DNA of 64,000 nucleotides from Eledone cirrhosa (taxonomy: Eukaryota). Position 1 is the stretch's first letter. Every line of letters starts with the position of its first letter. Shown here piece after piece: positions 49,801 to 61,800 of the stretch. The position numbers and the translations under genes were made by a program. The DNA is taken from assembly GCA_964016885.1 (NCBI GenBank), contig OZ024740.1, positions 396,738,001 to 396,802,000 of the forward strand, given 5' to 3'. Under the pieces are notes generated by a model. That model was not told the origin of the DNA. It did no database searches and saw only the letters and a program-made list of their open reading frames with translations.

Positions 49801-52800
49801 GGTGTCAGATAATAGTATATAGCCAGTAATGAAAGTGGGGTGGTGGTGTCAGATAATAGTATATAGCCAGTAATGAAAGTGGAGTGGTGGTGTCAGATAA
49901 TAGTATATAGCCAGTAATGAAAGTGGAGTGGTGGTGTCAGATAATACTATATAGCCAGTAATGAAAGTGGAGTGGTGGTGTCAAATAATAGTATATAGGC
50001 AGTAATGAAAGTGGAGTGGTGGTGTCAGATAATAGTATATAGCCAGCAATGAAACTGGAGTGGTGGAGTCAGATAATAGTATATAGCCAGTAATGAAAGT
50101 GGAGTGGTGGTACCAGATAATAGTATATAGCCAGTAATGAAAGTGGAGTGGTGGTGTCAGATAATAGTATATAGCCAGCAATGAAAGTGGAGTGGTGGTA
50201 CCAGATAATAGTATATAGCCAGTAATGAAAGTGAAGTGGTGGTGTCAGATAATAGTATATAGCCAGTAATGAAAGTGGAGTGGTGGTGTCAGATAATAGT
50301 ATATAGCCAGTAATGAATGTGGAGTGGTGGTACCAGATAATAGTATATAGCCAGTAATGAAAGTGGAGTGGTGGTGTCAGATAATAGTATATAGCCAGTA
50401 ATGAAAGTGGAGTGGTGGGTCAGATAATAGTATATAGCCAGTAATGAAAGTGGAGTGGTGGTGTTAGATAATAGTATATAGCCAGTAATGTAAGTGGAGT
50501 GGTGGTGTCAGATAATAGTATATAGCCAGTAATGAAAGTGGAGTGGTGGTGTCAGATAATAGTATATAGCCAGTAATGAAAGTGGAGTGGTGGTGTCAGA
50601 TAATAGTATATAGCCAGTAATGAAAGTGGAGTGGTGGGGTCAGATAATAGTATATAGCCAGTAATGAAAGTGGAGTGGTGGTACCAGATAATAGTATATA
50701 GCCAGTAATGAAAGTGGAGTGGTGGTGTCAGATAATAGTATATAGCCAGCAATGAAAGTGGAGTGGTGGTACCAGATAATAGTATATAGCCAGTAATGAA
50801 AGTGGGGTGGTGGTGTCAGATAATAGTATATAGCCAGTAATGAAAGTGGGGTGGTGGTGTCAGATAATAGTATATAGCCAGTAATGAAAGTGGAGTGGTG
50901 GTGTCAAATAATAGTATATAGGCAGTAATGAAAGTGGAGTGGTGGTGTCAGATAATAGTATATTGCCAGTAATGAAAGTGGAGTCGTGGTACCAGATAAT
51001 AGTATATAGCCAGTAATGAAAGTGGAGTGGTGGTGTCAGATAATAGTATATAGCCAGCAATGAAACTCGAGTGGTGGAGTCAGATAATAGTATATAGCCA
51101 GTAATGAAAGTGGAGTGGTGGTACCAGATAATAGTATATAGCCAGTAATGAAAGTGGAGTGGTGGTGTCAGATAATAGTATATAGCCAGCAATGAAAGTG
51201 GAGTGGTGGTACAAGATAATAGTATATAGCCAGTAATGAAAGTGGAGTGCTGGTGTCAGATAATAGTATATAGCCAGCAATGAAACTGGAGTGGTGGAGT
51301 CAGATAATAGTATATAGCCAGTAATGAAAGTGGAGTGGTGGTACCAGATAATAGTATATAGCCAGTAATGAAAGTGGAGTGGTGGTGTCAGATAATAGTA
51401 TATAGCCAGCAATGAAAGTGGAGTGGTGGTACCAGATAATAGTATATAGCCAGTAATGAAAGTGGGGTGGTGGTGTCAGATAATAGTATATAGCCAGTAA
51501 TGAAAGTGGGGTGGTGGTGTCAGATAATAGTATATAGCCAGTAATGAAAGTGGAGTGGTGGTGTCAAATAATAGTATATAGGCAGTAATGAAAGTGGAGT
51601 GGTGGTGTCAGATAATAGTATATTGCCAGTAATGAAAGTGGAGTGGTGGTACCAGATAATAGTATATAGCCAGTAATGAAAGTGGAGTGGTGGTGTCAGA
51701 TAATAGTATATAGCCAGCAATGAAACTGGAGTGGTGGAGTCAGATAATAGTATATAGCCAGTAATGAAAGTGGAGTGGTGGTACCAGATAATAGTATATA
51801 GCCAGTAATGAAAGTGGAGTGGTGGTGTCAGATAATAGTATATAGCCAGCAATGAAAGTGGAGTGGTGGTACCAGATAATAGTATATAGCCAGTAATGAA
51901 AGTGGAGTGGTGGTGTCAGATAATAGTATAAAGCCAGTAATGAAAGTGGAGTGGTGGTGTCAGATAATAGTATATAGCCAGTAATGAATGTGGAGTGGTG
52001 GTACCAGATAATAGTATATAGCCAGTAATGAAAGTGGAGTGGTGGTGTCAGATAATAGTATATAGCCAGTAATGAAAGTGGAGTGGTGGGTCAGATAATA
52101 GTATATAGCCAGTAATGAAAGTGGAGTGGTGGTAACAGATAATAGTATATAGCCAGTAATGAAAGTGGAGTGGTGGTGTCAGATAATAGTATATAGCCAG
52201 TAATGAAAGTGGAGTGGTGGTACCAGATAATAGTATATAGCCAGTAATGAAAGTGGAGTGGTGGTGTCAGCTAATAGTATATAGCCAGCAATGAAACTGG
52301 AGTGGTGGAGTCAGATAATAGTATATAGCCAGTAATGAAAGTGGAGTGGTGGTACCAGATAATAGTATATAGCCAGTAATGAAAGTGGAGTGGTGGTGTC
52401 AGATAATAGTATATAGCCAGCAATGAAAGTGGAGTGGTGGTACCAGATAATAGTATATAGCCAGTAATGAAAGTGAAGTGGTGGTGTCAGATAATAGTAT
52501 ATAGCCAGTAATGAAAGTGGAGTGGTGGTGTCAGATAATAGTATATAGCCAGTAATCAATGTGGAGTGGTGGTACCAGATAATAGTATATAGCCAGTAAT
52601 GAAAGTGGAGTGGTGGTGTCAGATAATAGTATATAGCCAGTAATGAAAGTGGAGTGGTGGGTCAGATAATAGTATATAGCCAGTAATGAAAGTGGAGTGG
52701 TGGTGTCAGATAATAGTATATAGCCAGTAATGAAAGTGGAGTGGTGGTGTCAGATAATAGTATATAGCCAGTAATGAAAGTGGAGTGGTGGTGTCAGATA

Positions 52801-55800
52801 ATAGTATATAGCCAGTAATGAAAGTGGAGTGGTGGTGTCAGATAATAGTATATAGCCAGTAATGAAAGTGGAGTGGTGGGGTCAGATAATAGTATATAGC
52901 CAGTAATGAAAGTGGAGTGGTGGTACCAGATAATAGTATATAGCCAGTAATGAAAGTGGAGTGGTGGTGTCAGATAATAGTATATAGCCAGCAATGAAAG
53001 TGGAGTGGTGGTACCAGATAATAGTATATAGCCAGTAATGAAAGTGGGGTGGTGGTGTCAGATAATAGTATATAGCCAGTAATGAAAGTGGGGTGGTGGT
53101 GTCAGATAATAGTATATAGCCAGTAATGAAAGTGGAGTGGTGGTGTCAAATAATAGCATATAGGCAGTAATGAAAGTGGAGTGGTGGTGTCAGATAATAG
53201 TATATTGCCAGTAATGAAAGTGGAGTGGTGGTACCAGATAATAGTATATAGCCAGTAATCAAAGTGGAGTGGTGGTGTCAGATAATAGTATATAGCCAGC
53301 AATGAAACTGGAGTGGTGGAGTCAGATAATAGTATATAGCCAGTAATGAAAGTGGAGTGGTGGTACCAGATAATAGTATATAGCCAGTAATGAAAGTGGA
53401 GTGGTGGTGTCAGATAATAGTATATAGCCAGCAATGAAAGTGGAGTGGTGGTACCAGATAATAGTATATAGCCAGTAATGAAAGTGGAGTGGTGGTGTCA
53501 GATAATAGTATAAAGCCAGTAATGAAAGTGGAGTGGTGGTGTCAGATAATAGTATATAGCCAGTAATGAATGTGGAGTGGTGGTACCAGATAATAGTATA
53601 TAGCCAGTAATGAAAGTGGAGTGGTGGTGTCAGATAATAGTATATAGCCAGTAATGAAAGTGGAGTGGTGGGTCAGATAATAGTATATAGCCAGTAATGA
53701 AAGTGGAGTGGTGGTAACAGATAATAGTATATAGCCAGTAATGAAAGTGGAGTGGTGGTGTCAGATAATAGTATATAGCCAGTAATGAAGTGGAGTGGTG
53801 GTGTCAGATAATAGTATATAGCCAGTAATGAAAGTGGAGTGGTGGTGTCAGATGATAATATATAGCCAGTAATGAAAGTGGGGTGGTGGTGTCAGATAAT
53901 AGTATGTAGCCAGTAATGAAAGTGGAGTGGTGGTGTCATATAATAGTATATAGCCAGTAATGAAAGTGGGGTGCGGGTGTCAGATAATCGTATATAGCCA
54001 GTAATGAAAGTGCAGTGGTGGTGTCAGATAATAGTATATAGCCAGTAATGAAAGTGGGGTGGTGGTGTCAGATAATAGTATGTAGCCAGTAATGAAAGTA
54101 GAGTGGTGGTGTCATATAATAGTATATAGCCAGTAATGAAAGTGGGGTGCGGGTGTCAGATAATAGTATATAGCCAGTAATGAAAGTGGAGTGGTGGTGT
54201 CAGATAATAGTATATAGCCAGTAAGGAAAGTGAGGTGGTGGTGTCAGATAATAGTATATAGCCAGTAATGAAAGTGGGGTGGTGGTGTCAGATAATAGTA
54301 TATAGCCAGTAATGAAAGTGGAGTGGTGGTGTCAGATAATAGTATATAGCCAGTAATGAAAGTGGAGTGGTGGTGTCAGATAATAGTATATAGCCAGTGA
54401 TGAATGTGGAGTGGTGGTACCAGATAATAGTATATAGCCAGTAATGAAAGTGGAGTGGTGGTGTCAGATAATAGTATATAGCCAGTAATGAAAGTGGAGT
54501 GGTGGTGTCAGATAATAGTATATAGCCAGTAATGAATGTGGAATGGTGGTACCAGATAATAGTATATAGCCAGTAATGAAAGTGGAGTGGTGGTGTCAGA
54601 TAATAGTATATAGCCAGTAATGAAAGTGGAGTGGTGGGTCAGATAATATTATATAGCCAGTAATGAAAGTGGAGTGGTGGTGTCAGATAATAGTATATAG
54701 CCAGTAACGAAAGTGGGGTGGTGGTGTCAGATAATAGTATATAGCCAGTAATGAAAGTGGGGTGGTGGTGTCAGATAATAGTATATAGCCAGTAATGAAA
54801 GTGGAGTGGTGGTGTCAGATAATAGTATATAGCCAGTAATGAAAGTGGAGTGGTGGTGTCAGATAATACTATATAGCCAGTAATGAAAGTGGAGTGGTGG
54901 TGTCAGATAATAGTATATAGCCAGTAATGAAAGTGGAGTGGTGATGTCAAATAATAGTATATAGGCAGTAATGAAAGTGGAGTGGTGGTGTCAGATAATA
55001 GTATATAGCCAGTAATGAAAGTGGAGTGGTGGTACCAGATAATAGTATATAGCCAGTAATGAAAGTGGAGTGGTGGTGTCAGATAATAGTATATAGCCAG
55101 CAATGAAACTGGAGTGGTGGAGTCAGATAATAGTATATAGCCAGTAATGAAAGTGGAGTGGTGGTACCAGATAATAGTATATAGCCAGTAATGAAAGTGG
55201 AGTGGTGGTGTCAGATAATAGTATATAGCCAGCAATGATAGTGGAGTGGTGGTACCAGATAATAGTATATAGCCAGTAATGAAAGTGGAGTGGTGGTGTC
55301 AGATAATAGTATATAGCCAGTAATGAAAGTGGAGTGGTGGTGTCAGATAATAGTATATAGCCAGTAATGAATTGTGGAGTGGTGGTACCAGATAATAGTA
55401 TATAGCCAGTAATGAAAGTGGAGTGGTGGTGTCAGATAATAGTATATAGCCAGTAATGAAAGTGGAGTGGTGGGTCAGATAATAGTATATAGCCAGTAAT
55501 GAAAGTGGAGTGGTGGTAACAGATAATAGTATATAGCCATTAATGAAAGGGGAGTGGTGGTGTCAGATAATAGTATATAGCCAGTAATGAAGTGGAGTGG
55601 TGGTGTCAGATAATAGTATATAGCCAGTAATGAAAGTGGAGTGGTGGTGTCAGATAATAGTATATAGCCAGTAATGAAAGTGGGGTGGTGGTGTCAGATA
55701 ATAGTATGTAGCCAGTAATGAAAGTGGAGTGGTGGTGTCATATAATAGTATATAGACAGTAATGAAAGTGGGGTGCGGGTGTCAGATAATAGTATATAGC

Positions 55801-58800
55801 CAGTAATGAAAGTGGAGTGGTGGTGTCAGATAATAGTATATAGCCAGTAAGGAAAGTGAGGTGGTGGTGTCAGATAATAGTATATAGCCAGTAATGAAAG
55901 TGGGGTGGTGGTGTCAGATAATAGTATATAGCCAGTAATGAAAGTGGAGTGGTGGTGTCAGATAATAGTATATAGCCAGTAATGAAAGTGGAGTGGTGGT
56001 GTCAGATAATAGTATATAGCCAGTAAGGAAAGTGAGGTGGTGGTGTCAGATAATAGTATATAGCCAGTAATGAAAGTGGGGTGGTGGTGTCAGATAATAG
56101 TATATAGCCAGTAATGAAAGTGGAGTGGTGGTGTCAGATAATAGTATATAGCCAGTAATGAAAGTGGGGTGGTGGTGTCAGATAATAGTATATAGCCAGT
56201 AATGAAAGTGGGGGGGGGGGTGTCAGATAATAGTATGTAGCCAGTAATGAAAGTGGAGTGGTGGTGTCAGATAATAGTATATAGCCAGTGAAAGTGGAGT
56301 GGTGGTGTCAGATAATAGTATATAGCCAGTAATGAAAGTGGAGTGGTGGTGTCAGATAATAGTATATAGCCAGTGAAAGTGGAGTGGTGGTACCAGATAA
56401 TAGTATATAGCCAGTGAAAGTGGAGTGGTGGTACCAGATAATAGTATATAGACAGTAATGAAAGTGGAGTGCGGGTGTCAGATAATAGTATATAGCCAGT
56501 AATGAAAGTGGAGTGGTGGTACCAGATAATAGTATATAGCTAGTAATGAAAGTGGAGTGGTGGTGTCAGATAATATTATATAGCCAGTAATGAAAGTGGA
56601 GTGGTGGTGTCAGATAATAGTATATAGCCAGTAATGAAAGTGGGGTGGTGGTGTCAGATAATAGTATGTAGCCAGTAATGAAAGTGGAGTGGTGGTGTCA
56701 TATAATAGTATATAGACAGTAATGAAAGTGGGGTGCGGGTGTCAGATAATAGTATATAGCCAGTAATGAAAGTGGAGTGGTGGTGTCAGATAATAGTATA
56801 TAGCCAGTAAGGAAAGTGAGGTGGTGGTGTCAGATAATAGTATATAGCCAGTAATGAAAGTGGGGTGGTGGTGTCAGATAATAGTATATAGCCAGTAATG
56901 AAAGTGGAGTGGTGGTGTCAGATAATAGTATATAGCCAGTAATGAAAGTGGAGTGGTGGTGTCAGATAATAGTATATAGCCAGTAAGGAAAGTGAGGTGG
57001 TGGTGTCAGATAATAGTATATAGCCAGTAATGAAAGTGGGGTGGTGGTGTCAGATAATAGTATATAGCCAGTAATGAAAGTGGAGTGGTGGTGTCAGATA
57101 ATAGTATATAGCCAGTAATGAAAGTGGGGTGGTGGTGTCAGATAATAGTATATAGCCAGTAATGAAAGTGGGGGGGGGGGTGTCAGATAATAGTATGTAG
57201 CCAGTAATGAAAGTGGAGTGGTGGTGTCAGATAATAGTATATAGCCAGTGAAAGTGGATTGGTGGTGTCAGATAATAGTATATAGCCAGTAATGAAAGTG
57301 GAGTGGTGGTGTCAGATAATAGTATATAGCCAGTGAAAGTGGAGTGGTGGTACCAGATAATAGTATATAGCCAGTGAAAGTGGAGTGGTGGTACCAGATA
57401 ATAGTATATAGACAGTAATGAAAGTGGAGTGCGGGTGTCAGATAATAGTATATAGCCAGTAATGAAAGTGGAGTGGTGGTACCAGATAATAGTATATAGC
57501 TAGTAATGAAAGTGGAGTGGTGGTGTCAGATAATATTATATAGCCAGTAATGAAAGTGGAGTGGTGGTGTCAGATAATAGTATATAGCCAGTAACGAAAG
57601 TGGGGTGGTGGTGTCAGATAATAGTATATAGCCAGTAATGAAAGTGGGGTGGTGGTGTCAGATAATAGTATATAGCCAGTAATGAAAGTGGAGTGGTGGT
57701 GTCAGATAATAGTATATAGCCAGTAATGAAAGTGGAGTGGTGGTGTCAGATAATAGTATATAGCCAGTAATGAAAGTGGGGTGGTGGTGTCAGATAATAG
57801 TATATAGCCAGTAATGAAAGTGGAGTGGTGGTGTCAAATAATAGTATATAGGCAGTAATGAAAGTGGAGTGGTGGTGTCAGATAATAGTATATAGCCAGT
57901 AATGAAAGTGGATTGGTGGTACCAGATAATAGTATATAGCCAGTAATGAAAGTGGAGTGGTGGTATCAGATAATAGTATATAGCCAGCAATGAAACTGGA
58001 GTGGTGGAGTCAGATAATAGTATATAGCCAGTAATGAAAGTGGAGTGGTGGTACCAGATAATAGTATATAGCCAGTAATGAAAGTGGAGTGGTGGTGTCA
58101 GATAATAGTATATAGCCAGCAATGAAAGTGGAGTGGTGGTACCAGATAATAGTATATAGCCAGTAATGAAAGTGGAGTGGTGGTGTCAGATAATAGTATA
58201 TAGCCAGTAATGAAAGTGGAGTGGTGGTGTCAGATAATAGTATATAGCCAGTAATGAATGTGGAGTGGTGGTACCAGATAATAGTATATAGCCAGTAATG
58301 AAAGTGGAGTGGTGGTGTCAGATAATAGTATATAGCCAGTAATGAAAGTGGAGTGGTGGGTCAGATAATAGTATATAGCCAGTAATGAAAGTGGAGTGGT
58401 GGTAACAGATAATAGTATATAGCCAGTAATGAAAGTGGAGTGGTGGTGTCAGATAATAGTATATAGCCAGTAATGAAGTGGAGTGGTGGTGTCAGATAAT
58501 AGTATATAGCCAGTAATGAAAGTGGAGTGGTGGTGTCAGATAATAGTATATAGCCAGTAATGAAAGTGGGGTGGTGGTGTCAGATAATAGTATGTAGCCA
58601 GTAATGAAAGTGGAGTGGTGGTGTCATATAATAGTATATAGCCAGTAATGAAAGTGGGGTGGTGGTGTCAGATAATAGTATATAGCCAGTAATGAAAGTG
58701 GAATGGTGGTGTCGGATAATAGTATATAGCCAGTAATGAAGTGGAGTGGTGGTGTCAGATAATAGTATATAGCCAGTAATGAAAGTGGAGTGGTGGTGTC

Positions 58801-61800
58801 AGATAATAGTATATAGCCAGTAATGAAAGTGGAGTGGTGGGTCAGATAATAGTATATAGCCAGTAATGAAAGTGGAGTGGTGGTGTCAGATAATAGTATA
58901 TAGCCAGTAATGAAAGTGGAGTGGTGGTAACAGATAATAGTATATAGCCAGTAATGAAAGTGGAGTGGTGGTGTCAGATAATAGTATATAGCCAGTAATG
59001 AAGTGGAGTGGAGGTGTCAGATAATAGTATATAGCCAGTAATGAAAGTGGAGTGGTGGTGTCAGATAATAGTATATAGCTAGTAATGAAAGTGGGGTGGT
59101 GGTGTCAGATAATAGTATATAGCCAGTAATGAAAGTGGGGTGGTGGTGTCAGATAATAGTATATAGCCAGTAATGAAAGTGGGGTGGTGGTGTCAGATAA
59201 TAGTATATAGCCAGTAATGAAAGTGGAGTGGTGGTGTCAGATAATAGTATATAGCCAGTGAAAGTGGAGTGGTGTTGTCAGATAATAGTATATAGCCAGT
59301 GAAAGTGGAGTGGTGGTACCAGATAATAGTATATAGCCAGTAATGAAAGTGGAGTGCGGGTGTCAGATAATAGTATATAGCCAGTAATGAATGTGGAGTG
59401 GTGGTACCAGATAATAGTATATAGCCAGTAATGAAAGTGGAGTGGTGGTGTCAGATAATAGTATATAGCCAGTAATGAAGTGGAGTGGTGGTGTCAGATA
59501 ATAGTATATAGCCAGCAATGAAAGTGGAGTGGTGGTGTCAGATAATAGTATGTAGCCAGTAATGAAAGTGGGGTGCGGGTGTCAGATAATAGTATATAGC
59601 CAGTAATGAAAGTGGAGTGGTGGTGTCAGATAATAGTATATAGCCAGTAAGGAAAGTGAGGTGGTGGTGTCAGATAATAGTATATAGCCAGTAATGAAAG
59701 TGGAGTGGTGGTGTCAGATAATAGTATATAGCCAGTAATGAATGTGGAGTGGTGGTACCAGATAATAGTATATAGCCAGTAATGAAAGTGGAGTGGTGGT
59801 GTCAGATAATAGTATATAGCCAGTAATGAAAGTGGAGTGGTGGGTCAGATAATAGTATATAGCCAGTAATGAAAGTGGAGTGGTGGTAACAGATAATAGT
59901 ATATAGCCAGTAATGAAAGTGGAGTGGTGGTGTCAGATAATAGTATATAGCCAGTAATGAAGTGGAGTGGTGGTGTCAGATAATAGTATATAGCCAGTAA
60001 TGAAAGTGGAGTGGTGGTGTCAGATAATAGTATATAGCCAGTAATGAAAGTGGGGTGGTGGTGTCAGATAATAGTATGTAGCCAGTAATGAAAGTGGAGT
60101 GGTGGTGTCATATAATAGTATATAGCCAGTAATGAAAGTGGGGTGCGAGTGTCAGATAATAGTATATAGCCAGTAATGAAAGTGGAGTGGTGGTGTCAGA
60201 TAATAGTATATAGCCAGTAAGGAAAGTGAGGTGGTGGTGTCAGATAATAGTATATAGCCAGTAATGAAAGTGGGGTGGTGGTGTCAGATAATAGTATATA
60301 GCCAGTAATGAAAGTGGAGTGGTGGTGTCAGATAATAGTATATAGCCAGTAATGAAAGTGGAGTGGTGTTGTCAGATAATAGTATATAGCCAGTAATGAA
60401 TGTGGAGTGGTGGTACCAGATAATAGTATATAGCCAGTAATGAAAGTGGAGTGGTGGTGTCAGATAATAGTATATAGCCAGTAATGAAAGTGGAGTGGTG
60501 GTGTCAGATAATAGTATATAGCCAGTAATGAATGTGGAGTGGTGGTACCAGATAATAGTATATAGCCAGTAATGAAAGTGGAGTGGTGGTGTCAGATAAT
60601 AGTATATAGCCAGTAATGAAAGTGGAGTGGTGGGTCAGATAATAGTATATAGCCAGTAATGAAAGTGGAGTGGTGGTAACAGATAATAGTATATAGCCAG
60701 TAATGAAAGTGGAGTGGTGGTGTCAGATAATAGTATATAGCCAGTAATGAAGTGGAGTGGTGGTCTCAGATAATAGTATATAGCCAGTAATGAAAGTGGA
60801 GTGGTGGTGTCAGATAATAGTATATAGCCAGTAATGAAAGTGGGGTGGTGGTGTCAGATAATAGTATGTAGCCAGTAATGAAAGTGGAGTGGTGGTGTCA
60901 TATAATAGTATATAGCCAGTAATGAAATTGGGGTGCGGGTGTCAGATAATAGTATATAGCCAGTAATGAAAGTGGAGTGGTGGTGTCAGATAATAGTATA
61001 TAGCCAGTAAGGAAAGTGAGGTGGTGGTGTCAGATAATAGTATATAGCCAGTAATGAAAGTGGGGTGGTGGTGTCAGATAATAGTATATAGCCAGTAATG
61101 AAAGTGGAGTGGTGGTGTCAGATAATAGTATATAGCCAGTAATGAAAGTGGGGTGGTGGTGTCAGATAATAGTATATAGCCAGTAATGAAAGTGGGGGGG
61201 GGGTGTCAGATAATAGTATATAGCCAGTAATGAAAGTGGAGTGGTGGTGTCAGATAATAGTATATAGCCAGTGAAAGTGGAGTGGTGGTGTCAGATAATA
61301 GTATATAGCCAGTATTGAAAGTGGAGTGGTGGTGTCAGATAATAGTATATAGCCAGTGAAAGTGGAGTGGTGGTACCAGATAATAGTATATAGCCAGTGA
61401 AAGTGGAGTGGTGGTACCAGATAATAGTATATAGCCAGTGAAAGTGGGGTGGTGGTGTCAGATAATAGTATATAGCCAGTGAAAGTGGAGTGGTGGTACC
61501 AGATAATAGTATATAGCCAGTGAAAGTGGAGTGGTGGTACCAGATAATAGTATATAGCCAGTAATGAAAGTGGAGTGGTGGTGTCAGATAATAGTATATA
61601 GCCAGTAATGAAAGTGGAGTGGTGGTACCAGATAATAGTATATAGCTAGTAATGAAAGTGGAGTGGTGGTGTCAGATAATATTATATAGCCAGTAATGAA
61701 AGTGGAGTGGTGGTGTCAGATAATAGTATATAGCCAGTAACGAAAGTGGTGTGGTGGTGTCAGATAATAGTATATAGCCAGTAATGAAAGTGGGGTGGTG